From: a virus
Lineage: Duplodnaviria > Caudoviricetes
Reading direction: 5' to 3' (one strand)
Length of the DNA: 64,000 nucleotides
Virus record (IMG/VR): IMGVR_UViG_3300042479_000799
Span: 1 to 64,000 of that record
Positions 48,517-57,619 of this stretch are shown piece by piece (the stretch's first letter is position 1; the number at the start of each line of letters is the position of its first letter). The position numbers and the translations under genes were made by a program. A model generated the notes under the pieces. That model saw nothing but the letters and a program-made list of their open reading frames with translations. It was not told where the DNA came from and made no database searches.

Positions 48517-49533
48517 TTATTCTTTGCTTCCAAGAAGATATACATTACTAATAGCCTTGAAACTAAATTCTCGTTCAAGACCACGAACAACTACACCCTC
48601 ACGGTCAACATCCGCATTCAATACACTCTTACCCTCAGCATACTTCAACATATTATCAACCAAATTTTCATTGGGTAATACATATCCATACTTTTCAAGC
48701 ACAGGTACCATAGGTACGTCAAACCTAAACAACAACCATTCCAGTTCATCGAAGAACATACGACGACCCTTATCAATATCATATCCAGTAAAGAAAAATA
48801 ACTTGTGGTCAGTCAATTGATACAAATTACCATTGATATTTGAACCAATCAATTCTCCCTGAAGTGCAATGTTCTTGCCATACTTAGTCAACTTATCCTT
48901 CAACTCAAGCATATTAGCCATACGCCATAAACTATTGTCATTGGTTTCAGTCAATTCCCAATTACGGCCACATACACCAAATACACCATTATTGAAGTAA
49001 CAAGTAAAACTGGTACCATCTAACTTTTCAGTAACATACACTCGTTCTCCAAAAGGCACAAAACCAACATCAGTTTCAAAGTTCTGAATACGAATTTCAT
49101 CAGTCTTTGGAATAAAACTAGGAAATGTACCCTTGATCTTTCCAGCCAATTGAGCAGGAATAGGTGGTTCATATTTTACAATATCAAGAGCTTCAGTCAA
49201 ATCATCACCTTCCTTTGGATTAAGAATACCATCTGGAATTGGAGTCAATAGTCCTTGACTCAATTGTCCACGCAACTTAATGGTCTTAAGACGAAATCCT
49301 TCAGATGATACCATACGCTTATAACTACTCTTGCGTAGAAATTCAAACTGAGGCCGAATAGGTAAGAAGCTGTCAATTTCATAGTAAACAGCCAAATCAC
49401 CCACATTAAATTCCCCCTTTTTCACAACAACCTTCCAACCCTTGACACTAGCCACAACAATGGCATCAGCACCAACAATAGGTTGAATGTCAACGATTTT
49501 TACAACACTAGCCAATTTACGTTCAGTAGTCAT
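48517..49533 (-). CDS. RNA ligase, DRB0094/Rnl5-like, with N-terminal OB domain
   Basis: RKLASV..I.DI.PI.GAD.I, VYYEIDS, KLRGQ.SQGL, FP.FIPKTDE.RIQN, TEKLDGTS, QGELIG, REGVV.R, SFKAIS..YLL. Confidence 0.9.
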   Translation of the reverse strand: MTTERKLASVVKIVDIQPIVGADAIVVASVKGWKVVVKKGEFNVGDLAVYYEIDSFLPIRPQFEFLRKSSYKRMVSSEGFRLKTIKLRGQLSQGLLTPIPDGILNPKEGDDLTEALDIVKYEPPIPAQLAGKIKGTFPSFIPKTDEIRIQNFETDVGFVPFGERVYVTEKLDGTSFTCYFNNGVFGVCGRNWELTETNDNSLWRMANMLELKDKLTKYGKNIALQGELIGSNINGNLYQLTDHKLFFFTGYDIDKGRRMFFDELEWLLFRFDVPMVPVLEKYGYVLPNENLVDNMLKYAEGKSVLNADVDREGVVVRGLEREFSFKAISNVYLLGSKE

Positions 49534-49557
49534 ATTTACTTTTTCTATTACTCCTAA

Positions 49558-49615
49558 AGATTACCACAGACTTTAAACGAAGTCAACAAAAAATCCCATC
49601 TTTTTACGGATGGGA
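49558..49615 (-). promoter_or_regulatory. terminator (49588-49615) immediately followed by a sigma70 promoter (49558-49586)
   Basis: TCCCATC-8nt-GATGGGA plus T-run on the minus strand, then TTGACT-17-TAATCT. Confidence 0.7.
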
Positions 49616-49623
49616 CTGTAACG

Positions 49624-50298
49624 TTAATGATGTTTATCTTTGCTTACATGATTCTTGTTCATCATAATTTTCTGAATCTCTGGAAAAGACAACGGCTTAC
49701 CATGACCATCCCAACCCACATCCAAAATTTTATTGTCTGGATTTTCCAACCGAGTGGTTGGATTGCTATAGTGACTATGTCCACTCAACTGACAAGCACC
49801 TTTTTGCATTTGATTCCAAATTTGGTGTGGGTAATGATGAATAACAATCATATGACCATTTACAATCAGTTCCTTATAATAACCCAGATAAGTTAGTTTA
49901 CCAATTGTATATGGATACACTTCAATGCCATCATTAGGATTGTTACCACTGAATCTAACCAAATTCAAATGGCCAGCAACAGCATCTTCATAGTGTCTAC
50001 GAATACAACTGTTGTGATTACCCCAAATATACAGAATGCTTTGACAATTGATTCTGTTGAGAATTACATCAAATTCAGGCGGAGTAATGTTTAGACAAAA
50101 ATCACCCAGATGAATTAGTGTATCTTGTGGACGTACTACTTCATTAATCTTTGCAATCAACGCATCATTGTGTTCATAACGATTCTTATATCCTCTAGTT
50201 TCATATATGAATTTTTGATCATGGTTAAAATGAGTATCACTGGTGAAATACACACGGTGACTATCATTATGTGTTAGTTTTAGTGGTCTTTCAAACAT
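49624..50298 (-). CDS. calcineurin-like metallophosphoesterase
   Basis: FTSDTHF.H, HLGDF, WGNH, HYP, SGHSH, DVGWD. Confidence 0.9.
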   Translation of the reverse strand: MFERPLKLTHNDSHRVYFTSDTHFNHDQKFIYETRGYKNRYEHNDALIAKINEVVRPQDTLIHLGDFCLNITPPEFDVILNRINCQSILYIWGNHNSCIRRHYEDAVAGHLNLVRFSGNNPNDGIEVYPYTIGKLTYLGYYKELIVNGHMIVIHHYPHQIWNQMQKGACQLSGHSHYSNPTTRLENPDNKILDVGWDGHGKPLSFPEIQKIMMNKNHVSKDKHH

Positions 50299-50749
50299 AA
50301 ATTATTACATCAATTCCTTCACTATATGAAGGTTCTTCAAACTTGTTCAACATTTTGTCAATGACAAAATCAGGTACAACTCTACCGCCTTGTTCTCCTC
50401 GTTTCTTATTTCTATCAATTAATCCTTGACGATCCATCTTGAACACAATAGCAACTACTTTTGCACCATATTTCTTTGCGGTGTTGATATAGTCACTTCG
50501 TTCTTTACGGTTTACACTGGTTGCATCAACCAATACATTTTTACCATCTTTTAGAAGTTCGTCAACCTTTTTTTTGATGTGTCCAAAAACGATTGATGTT
50601 ACTGATTGGTCAGTCTCATCTTTGCCATATACAGCACGTAGTGAATCACTGCTTAGATATTCTATGTCTTTATCTTTAATAAAGTTCTTGACATAAGTGG
50701 ACTTACCACTTCCAGGCAATCCAACCGTAATATAAAGTGTATTATTCAT
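50291..50749 (-). CDS. P-loop polynucleotide kinase (Pnkp kinase domain-like)
   Basis: VGLPGSGKST, SSDSLR, VDAT...R, RN..R...GRVVP..VI..M. Confidence 0.85.
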   Translation of the reverse strand: MNNTLYITVGLPGSGKSTYVKNFIKDKDIEYLSSDSLRAVYGKDETDQSVTSIVFGHIKKKVDELLKDGKNVLVDATSVNRKERSDYINTAKKYGAKVVAIVFKMDRQGLIDRNKKRGEQGGRVVPDFVIDKMLNKFEEPSYSEGIDVIIYV

Positions 50750-50882
50750 ATGTACATCTTAATTCAACTTGTTATAAAGTCAAGAAAATTGTAAAGGAAA
50801 AGTAAAACTTGTTTATTTCATATAGGTAGTATAGTATGTATAGAATGTAATCTATGGTGGTTACTAAACGAAAGGAAAATAT

Positions 50883-51221
50883 ATGTATAAGTATCTATTA
50901 GTGTTAGTCGCAGCATTTACCCTAAACGCTGAGCTTTTAGGCCCCCCAAATGCTCAACAAGGTAAACCTCCCGGTGAAGGCCGTCCATTCCGTCCCAAGT
51001 TGACGGAAGAACAAAAGAAGCAACGTAATGAATTGATTGCTAAATATGACGCAAACAAAGATGGTAAGATGGACAAGGAAGAACGTGCCAAAGTCAGTGA
51101 TGCTGACCGTAAATTAATGAGAAGTTTTGGTCCTCCTCCTGGCGGTCCAAGAGGTCCAAAACATGATGGTCCTCCTCCAACTAAAGATGGTAATAGACCA
51201 AGTAAACCAAAGAAAGATTAA
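50883..51221 (+). CDS. secreted EF-hand, Pro/Gly-rich protein
   Basis: Signal peptide; KYDANKDGKMDKEE EF-hand loop; GPP repeats. Confidence 0.75.
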   Translation: MYKYLLVLVAAFTLNAELLGPPNAQQGKPPGEGRPFRPKLTEEQKKQRNELIAKYDANKDGKMDKEERAKVSDADRKLMRSFGPPPGGPRGPKHDGPPPTKDGNRPSKPKKD

Positions 51222-51228
51222 ATCAAAT

Positions 51229-51255
51229 AACCTCACTTTTATAGTGGGGTTTTTT
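51229..51255 (+). terminator. rho-independent terminator between convergent genes
   Basis: AACCTCACT-loop-AGTGGGGTT followed by a T-run. Confidence 0.75.
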
Positions 51256-51577
51256 ATTTCTTGCGTCTTTTTGGTTTTTGTGTGGGTGTTTTATTACCAC
51301 CTAATTTTTCTATAAAGTTTTCACTAATAATTTCCACTAACTTTAAACCTATGAATCCCGCAATGAATGCAATACCATTTTGATTTTTAATACTGGTAAT
51401 ATTCAATAATTCTACCAAGACTGGCGTTAAATAGTTAGCAGCTGCCATACCACCTATCAATGATAATACTACAGATTTTACATCTGTTTTATCTGATTTT
51501 GTTGTCATTAAGATTGCGCCAAATAAACCACTGAATAAGAATCCTATTTGGATACCGAATTTTTGTAAGTATTCCAT
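51254..51577 (-). CDS. putative holin
   Basis: 107 aa, three hydrophobic Gly-rich helices, basic C-terminal tail (KPKRRKK). Confidence 0.55.
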   Translation of the reverse strand: MEYLQKFGIQIGFLFSGLFGAILMTTKSDKTDVKSVVLSLIGGMAAANYLTPVLVELLNITSIKNQNGIAFIAGFIGLKLVEIISENFIEKLGGNKTPTQKPKRRKK

Positions 51578-51580
51578 ATA

Positions 51581-52201
51581 TTATTTTTTTCTTTTGATTC
51601 TTTTTCTTATTTTTGTAACGGGTTTATTTTCTTGTTTTATAAGATATACCATTCCTAATATTATGAAACAAAGTGTATATAGATATATGTTTAATTTAAC
51701 TATTTCATCTTTGATAATCTTTTCAGAACTATCATTGATTAATGTTCTAAAATTTTGATTGTTTTCTATTATTCTTCTTTTGTAATCCAAATATTTATCA
51801 CTGAAAAATGCTTTATTATCCATCTTTTCAAATGCTGGATTTTCTACATCTTTAGCCAAGTCACTGCTTATGTCCAATCCTTTTCTAAATTCTTTTAGTT
51901 CATCTTGGGTTAATATCTTGCTCGTCAAGATTTCCTCGTTAAAGTATTTTTCCCGTTCTTTTAAGTGTTCATTAAATTGATTAAGAAACTTTTTATCAGC
52001 GGTTGTTGTATATGCTACGCCTAGATAAGTTAACAAGTCAGTAGACTTTCGTAAATATAGTGTAATATCTCTACCAAATCTAAATCTGGTATAACTTTGT
52101 TCTATGTCTTTAAGACTGGAAATAGATAATAAGGTTATAACTGCTACGGGTAATAATACAAACCATAGGTAACTTTTAATTTTTATAATAACACTGTTCA
52201 T
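51581..52201 (-). CDS. two-TM protein with a chemoreceptor/histidine-kinase-like periplasmic sensor domain and no signalling domain
   Basis: TM - LRKSTDLLTY...YTTT.D.KF...F...T.DEL..F......S.DLA...E..AF......FS..Y...K..I - TM - short basic tail. Confidence 0.55.
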   Translation of the reverse strand: MNSVIIKIKSYLWFVLLPVAVITLLSISSLKDIEQSYTRFRFGRDITLYLRKSTDLLTYLGVAYTTTADKKFLNQFNEHLKEREKYFNEEILTSKILTQDELKEFRKGLDISSDLAKDVENPAFEKMDNKAFFSDKYLDYKRRIIENNQNFRTLINDSSEKIIKDEIVKLNIYLYTLCFIILGMVYLIKQENKPVTKIRKRIKRKK

Positions 52202-52242
52202 ATGTTATTATATAACTATTATAAAAAGATTAATATGATGTA

Positions 52243-52629
52243 TTATCTTTTAATCTTGAAATTGAAGTCTATTACTAAACCTTCGTTTATTGACCACATT
52301 GTTAATTTTTCGTGTATATCTTGTAGATTTTCTCTTACTGTTTTTGACATTAAATCATCAATTATATCAATAATGGTGAATGTGGTTTCAATTTGTTTGT
52401 CTTTATTTGGCAATATAACCATTTTTAATTTTTTTTCAAATTGTATGTCATTGCCATAACTTTGTATCAAAATTCTATGTAATTCTAATATATAAGATCT
52501 TAAATGATCAATATCACTACCAGTTACGGTTGAAACAATGGTTAAATCTTCATTCGGTCTAAATCCAGGTGCAAAATCTATTTCACATAAACATTCTTTT
52601 ATCAATTGTTTTAATTCTGTTTTGGTCAT
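52243..52629 (-). CDS. hypothetical late protein
   Basis: N-terminal ELKQLIKECLCE; TATTTATA 5 nt upstream. Confidence 0.6.
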   Translation of the reverse strand: MTKTELKQLIKECLCEIDFAPGFRPNEDLTIVSTVTGSDIDHLRSYILELHRILIQSYGNDIQFEKKLKMVILPNKDKQIETTFTIIDIIDDLMSKTVRENLQDIHEKLTMWSINEGLVIDFNFKIKR

Positions 52630-52654
52630 ATCAATATAAATATTGACTTGAAAT

Positions 52655-52682
52655 AAAAAACCCCACTAAATTAATAGCGGGG
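52655..52682 (-). terminator. terminator, copy 1 of a near-identical pair
   Basis: AAAAAACCCCACTAAATTAATAGCGGGG; a G-U wobble forms only on the minus strand. Confidence 0.8.
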
Positions 52683-52705
52683 TCTTTGATTAATATTTTA
52701 CTAGT

Positions 52706-53434
52706 TTATTGTTCAAAAAATCCTCTACCAAGCATTTTTTCGGCTTTTTCAATTGCTAATGTAAGTATTTTTACATCTTGTACATCTTTTTTATAATCCG
52801 CATTTTTTAAACGATTTAGAAGTTCATCGTAATTACTACCAAGTTCTGCTTTTAATTTTTGTTTATTATCTGGAATAAGAGCAAGTAATAACAATCTTGC
52901 AATTTTTCTTTTATTATCTAATCTCTTGTATTTTTGCCATCCAATCGTTCCGAGAGTTTGTATCAAACTACTCACTGGTTTTTTGAGCTTTTCCACTTCA
53001 TTTCTTTCTTTCTGGTTTATATCACTTATGTCCGAATATTCTTTTTCTCGTTCTGTCCAGCTTTTATACGCTCCTGTATCAAATTTAGCGGAACTGCCCC
53101 TAACATCATATGGTTTAAAATTATCAGTTTTTTCCCAATTATTTTTACCTTGATACTTAATTTGATTCAAATATCTTACAAAATTATCTTCATCAGTACT
53201 AAGAGAATATCTAGCATAACCTGCTACAGTTTCTTTGAATTTATTACGTGCTTCTTCTTCGGGACTGACATATGGACCTAATTTATCTCTGGGGTCTGTT
53301 TTGTATCCATCACCATCTGAACGCATTTCACCACCTATGGTGGCTACGTCGTCCCATCGTTCATTTATATTTAAGTGTTTGTGAAGCAATTTAAGATGCT
53401 TTTGAAATGTTTCGCTTAGTATGTCTTTGCTCAT
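52706..53434 (-). CDS. hypothetical late protein
   Basis: 242 aa; ILSE...INE leader; TATTTATA upstream. Confidence 0.6.
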   Translation of the reverse strand: MSKDILSETFQKHLKLLHKHLNINERWDDVATIGGEMRSDGDGYKTDPRDKLGPYVSPEEEARNKFKETVAGYARYSLSTDEDNFVRYLNQIKYQGKNNWEKTDNFKPYDVRGSSAKFDTGAYKSWTEREKEYSDISDINQKERNEVEKLKKPVSSLIQTLGTIGWQKYKRLDNKRKIARLLLLALIPDNKQKLKAELGSNYDELLNRLKNADYKKDVQDVKILTLAIEKAEKMLGRGFFEQ

Positions 53435-53478
53435 AATTTAAAATTTCTTTGTATTAAATATAAATATATAGAAAAAAT

Positions 53479-53508
53479 AAAAAACCCCACTAAATTAATA
53501 GTGGGGTT
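53479..53508 (-). terminator. terminator, copy 2
   Basis: AAAAAACCCCACTAAATTAATAGTGGGG; one mismatch to copy 1. Confidence 0.8.
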
Positions 53509-53523
53509 AACTATTTTAAATAT

Positions 53524-53787
53524 TTACTTTTTACAAACGAATTCTTGATAAACTCGTTCTGCTCTAGCTAATGCATCACTAAGTGGAATATCACCAATAT
53601 ATTCAAGTGGTTTTCCACTTTTTTCAGCGTTGTATTGAGCTATTTCTCTTTTATTATACCATTCATCTTTGGTTAGCTGAACCATTTCTCTTAGAATTTC
53701 CCAACGCAATTCGTAGGGAGTTTTATTATTATCTGCCATATTTTTCCTTTGTGTTTGTGTGTTATGATAGCCGTATTTGACTATCAC
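53524..53787 (-). CDS. hypothetical protein
   Basis: KTPYELRWEIL...A..A...Y.FV; true start probably MADNNK. Confidence 0.55.
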   Translation of the reverse strand: MIVKYGYHNTQTQRKNMADNNKTPYELRWEILREMVQLTKDEWYNKREIAQYNAEKSGKPLEYIGDIPLSDALARAERVYQEFVCKK

Positions 53788-53822
53788 TTATACATATGTA
53801 AGAAAACCCCTACCAATTTATT

Positions 53823-54926
53823 TTAATTCTTTAGAACTTGAAATAGTAACTTCTTATATTCATCCTTACCAAATGACTTACCATCCAGTAACTTGAATAC
53901 AAAAGCAGCCCTGTTTGTTTCACCATATGATGATATAACCAATTGTGCTTGTTCCTTTCGTGAAGGCAATGAACGAAGTCTGTTATTAACAAAATTATTC
54001 ATACCATCCACAATCTTGTTGACTTCCTTCTTACCATCCACAATACGGCTAATCATTCCTTTAACCTGTTCTGCTAACTCAAAATCAAAAGTGGTAAAGA
54101 TATAGTTATAGAAAGTCTGATAATCAGGCATACCCTGTTCTAGCCAGACATCCAATACTTTTTCAATGTTACTTAGTTCTGACTTCATATGATGTAGAGC
54201 AAGATACCAAGCACCCTTTACCTTGTGAAGCATTTGGTCATTCTTTGAATAAACAACCACACCTTCCTTACCTCTCCATTGATCAACATCCTTTAACAGA
54301 TCTTGAACACTAGAAAAAGTATAAGTAGCAGGACGCTTGAAGCCATACTTCTTGCTCCACATGTCAAGTTCTGATTGAGTAAACAGTGAATAATCACTGT
54401 GGTTAACAATACCAACAATATACCAATCAGGCTCTTCACCATAATTGAGAACAATTTTGTTGATAGGGCTAACCCACTCAAACAACAAAGACACATTCCA
54501 AGTTTCAGGTGTAGCCATACCCAATCTTTGAAGACTATCTTTGAAACGCTCCTTGAAAATTTCAAGTTCGTGACCATTAGCCATAGTAGAAGCATCAACA
54601 GTTCCACGGGTACGCAGAATATATTGACCATTATACTTGCTAACAATTAAAGTGCTACCGTCCAACTTTTCAACTACAGTAGTATTCTTTAGTGATGTAG
54701 GAACAGGAAAGTGTTCGGGATTCTCCCCATAGTTGGTAAACTTTGGAAACGATGCACTAATAACTTCACCCGCATAATTCACAACCACACTACGCATGTG
54801 CTTGTTGTCTTGTCGCCATTGCGTTCCGATGTGTTGTGGCTGAATCAAATGGACAATTTCACCGTTAAGTGAATGTTCATGCACCATAAATTGGGTGCGG
54901 TCAATTGAGGAAATATCAATCTTCAT
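53823..54926 (-). CDS. RNA ligase 1 (T4 RnlA-like)
   Basis: FPKFTNYGE, EKLDGS, TRG, LFEWVSP.NKIV, EGVVV, KVKG.WY; promoter TTGACT-17-TAAGGT at 54933-54961. Confidence 0.88.
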   Translation of the reverse strand: MKIDISSIDRTQFMVHEHSLNGEIVHLIQPQHIGTQWRQDNKHMRSVVVNYAGEVISASFPKFTNYGENPEHFPVPTSLKNTTVVEKLDGSTLIVSKYNGQYILRTRGTVDASTMANGHELEIFKERFKDSLQRLGMATPETWNVSLLFEWVSPINKIVLNYGEEPDWYIVGIVNHSDYSLFTQSELDMWSKKYGFKRPATYTFSSVQDLLKDVDQWRGKEGVVVYSKNDQMLHKVKGAWYLALHHMKSELSNIEKVLDVWLEQGMPDYQTFYNYIFTTFDFELAEQVKGMISRIVDGKKEVNKIVDGMNNFVNNRLRSLPSRKEQAQLVISSYGETNRAAFVFKLLDGKSFGKDEYKKLLFQVLKN

Positions 54927-54961
54927 ACAAATACCTTACCGCAGATTTTAAAGAAAGTCAA

Positions 54962-55480
54962 TCATAGAAAGGTTACATTTTCAAATCCAACTATATAACC
55001 ACCATTTTTATCAATTTTATCACTGACAGTTACTTGATAAGTTTCTGGCTTAATTCCAGTAATGTAGTGATTCTCATACTTACGAATACCTTGTTTGACA
55101 TTAACCTTCTTACCAACTACATCATCTGGAATGGTCAAGAAGTTCTCCTTAACCCATTGACTCAACATTTCTGTTTCAAGTGAACTCTTAACAAAAGTTA
55201 CATCTTCCAGAATATGAACAAGTTCACTATCAGGCTCAATATACTTATATTCACTCAAATGTTGAGCAAGTGCAAATCCATCCAAGTCATATTCCTCAAG
55301 ACATTCAATAATGTCATTTTCATATGTTGAACGATGTTCCGTAAAATAATCATCTTGATTCCACTTTTGGTAACTATCCACTAGACTTTTGAAACGAGGA
55401 TTTTCACGGTTGATAGTTTTGGCATCAAACACAGGACGTTTTACTGCATCTTTTAGCTTCATATAGGTTTGTTCACTCAT
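54962..55480 (-). CDS. hypothetical early protein
   Basis: 172 aa; promoter TTGACT-16-TAATCT at 55487-55514. Confidence 0.6.
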   Translation of the reverse strand: MSEQTYMKLKDAVKRPVFDAKTINRENPRFKSLVDSYQKWNQDDYFTEHRSTYENDIIECLEEYDLDGFALAQHLSEYKYIEPDSELVHILEDVTFVKSSLETEMLSQWVKENFLTIPDDVVGKKVNVKQGIRKYENHYITGIKPETYQVTVSDKIDKNGGYIVGFENVTFL

Positions 55481-55529
55481 AAGTCTAGATTACCACGAAT
55501 TTAAAGAAAGTCAAGATACTTTTTTAGGT

Positions 55530-55667
55530 TCAAGTCAATCCCCAGATAACAGAGACCAGTACAAACCACCACCAGCTGAAGGTAGCTCCACTGAGCTTCT
55601 TATACAGAAGGTATCCCCAACACACGGCCATGATGGCATTGGAAGTAATAGTGAAAGTCAAGTTCAT
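55530..55667 (-). CDS. small Trp-rich membrane peptide (45 aa)
   Basis: Read by hand: MNLTFTITSNAIMAVCWGYLLYKKLSGATFSWWWFVLVSVIWGLT*. Confidence 0.5.
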   Translation of the reverse strand: MNLTFTITSNAIMAVCWGYLLYKKLSGATFSWWWFVLVSVIWGLT

Positions 55668-55671
55668 ATTT

Positions 55672-55872
55672 TTATTTAGTATTTTTCAATTTCCAGTCTG
55701 GAATTTGACCAGCAAACCAAAAAAAGTCTTCTTCAAAACTATAATGAAAAGTTTGATTAGTAGCATTGTTATATGCTTCAATTACGGTTCTGTCATTCAA
55801 TTGTCGCTGTTTACCCCTAAATTCCATATGAGGATATTTAGCTTTAATTTCATCTGGAACATGAATATTCAT
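55672..55872 (-). CDS. hypothetical protein
   Basis: 66 aa. Confidence 0.5.
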   Translation of the reverse strand: MNIHVPDEIKAKYPHMEFRGKQRQLNDRTVIEAYNNATNQTFHYSFEEDFFWFAGQIPDWKLKNTK

Positions 55873-55873
55873 A

Positions 55874-56044
55874 TCACTTTTCGGAAATCCAATCGTGAAA
55901 TCGTTGTGGTAAACATATATAAATTACTATAGTTGCCAACGATATTGTTACTGGAGATATATCTATCTTAAATAACTGATAAAGCAATATACTTGCAAAC
56001 AACGATAGTGCTAAATTAACAATAAAAATACAAAATAATTTCAT
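55874..56044 (-). CDS. small membrane protein (56 aa)
   Basis: Read by hand: MKLFCIFIVNLALSLFASILLY...HDWISEK*. Confidence 0.5.
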   Translation of the reverse strand: MKLFCIFIVNLALSLFASILLYQLFKIDISPVTISLATIVIYICLPQRFHDWISEK

Positions 56045-56202
56045 AAAAACAATGCTTGTATACTCTTTAACTTACGGTTCAATTCACTATTAATTTCTTC
56101 TAACTGTTCAACTTCTTGTCTTAGTTTAGCATTTTCTTTGTGTAATGTATGTATCTGATCCATCAAATCATTTAAGATATCTGCATTTGATTCATATTCC
56201 AT
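56041..56202 (-). CDS. small coiled-coil protein (53 aa)
   Basis: Read by hand: MEYESNADILNDLMDQIHTLHKENAKLRQEVEQLEEINSELNRKL...; heptad pattern. Confidence 0.55.
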   Translation of the reverse strand: MEYESNADILNDLMDQIHTLHKENAKLRQEVEQLEEINSELNRKLKSIQALFL

Positions 56203-56203
56203 A

Positions 56204-56416
56204 TTATTCTACCTTTCCATATACTGTTTCAACATCTGTATAATAATTATCCAATCCATGTGGACGAATAGTGAACTTCCAAACCTTTTCACGGTCCTTG
56301 AAGTTATAACCACTGATATAACCAATGCCATGATTGGTATTTACCTTATCACCAAGATGATAAGGAAGTGGATTTTCCGCAAGAACCTTAGCAAACAGTT
56401 CATTGTTATTAATCAT
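56204..56416 (-). CDS. hypothetical protein
   Basis: 70 aa. Confidence 0.5.
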   Translation of the reverse strand: MINNNELFAKVLAENPLPYHLGDKVNTNHGIGYISGYNFKDREKVWKFTIRPHGLDNYYTDVETVYGKVE

Positions 56417-56440
56417 ATATACAATGTACCACGGGTTTTT

Positions 56441-56965
56441 TTAAATGTCAAATACTTTTCCGTTCAAAAATCCATTTAAATTTAGCTTACCGTCAAAAAT
56501 TCTAAGTTTAAGATTTGACTCTTCCATCATTGTTTTAGACACTTTAGATAAATCTTGCCAATCCGAATGTTTCATTTCTGGCCACAACGAATGAATTACA
56601 ATTTCATGTATACCACTCTGTATGATAGATTTCATACAATTATTGCATGGTAATCCGTTTGTATAAAGTGTTGAACCCAATGTAGATATACCAAATCTTG
56701 CAGCAGTTAATATACTATTGTGTTCTGCATGAACTACATATTTATATTTTGTTTCTCTGTTATTATACCGTTCATCTGAATCTAATACTCCAATAGGAAA
56801 TCCATTATAACCTGTACTGATGACACGATTGTCTTTAACAATTACAGCTCCTATTTTACTAGATGGATCTTTACTTTTTGTAGCCGTCAAATAAACCATT
56901 CGCATGAATAGTTCATCAAAACAAGGAGCTTTATAATTTTCAAAAGTATCCATGTTTAATCCCAT
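56441..56965 (-). CDS. dCMP deaminase
   Basis: SKDPS.KIGAVIV, GYNGFP, HAEHNSI, PCNNC. Confidence 0.92.
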   Translation of the reverse strand: MGLNMDTFENYKAPCFDELFMRMVYLTATKSKDPSSKIGAVIVKDNRVISTGYNGFPIGVLDSDERYNNRETKYKYVVHAEHNSILTAARFGISTLGSTLYTNGLPCNNCMKSIIQSGIHEIVIHSLWPEMKHSDWQDLSKVSKTMMEESNLKLRIFDGKLNLNGFLNGKVFDI

Positions 56966-57528
56966 AATTGAAAATAATATTCTGCAAATAGTTGCATTCC
57001 TCTTTTGCGACGTTCTTCTAACTCAGCTGATTTTTCAAAGTATTCTTTCCAAGCTTGTTTTTCTTCTGGTGTTTTTTCTCTATTGATATTATCAATATAT
57101 TTATTCATATCAATAATGTCATCTTTTATTCTAGGAATTGGATTGAATCTTTCATCATCATTCATATATTCAAATGTCCAGATAATTTCATCCAATATTT
57201 CATTCCATCGTTCAGGTGTAATATCAGCTGGATGTGTATTAACATTTATTTTTTTAAAATGTTTCAGTCTGGGTAAAATAAACTTTGTAAGTGTACTCTC
57301 TAAACTCCAACATTCAGCATCACTTACACCATAACGAATACGTTGGTATGTATTAATACACCACCGTCTTAATTCAACACACCTATAATATACACGCCAA
57401 CCATATGGCACAGTGTCAAACAACCAATCAAAAAATCTATTGGTACGATACCACTTTTCTTCAGATTCAATTGGTGTTTTTTCTGATCTCTCCAACCGCA
57501 TGTTAATTTCTTTGATAGGAACATTCAT
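56956..57528 (-). CDS. hypothetical protein
   Basis: W.L..TL...ILPRL..FK...P...W..ILDEIIW.F...G..LF..Y...LWD, a familiar phage pattern; TTGACA-16-TATAGT promoter. Confidence 0.65.
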   Translation of the reverse strand: MNVPIKEINMRLERSEKTPIESEEKWYRTNRFFDWLFDTVPYGWRVYYRCVELRRWCINTYQRIRYGVSDAECWSLESTLTKFILPRLKHFKKINVNTHPADITPERWNEILDEIIWTFEYMNDDERFNPIPRIKDDIIDMNKYIDNINREKTPEEKQAWKEYFEKSAELEERRKRGMQLFAEYYFQLWD

Positions 57529-57619
57529 ATATTTAAACTATACCACAAGACATTAAATTGTCAAATTAAAAGAACTATTAAAGATTACATATGATATTTA
57601 TATATGTGAACTAAAGCCT

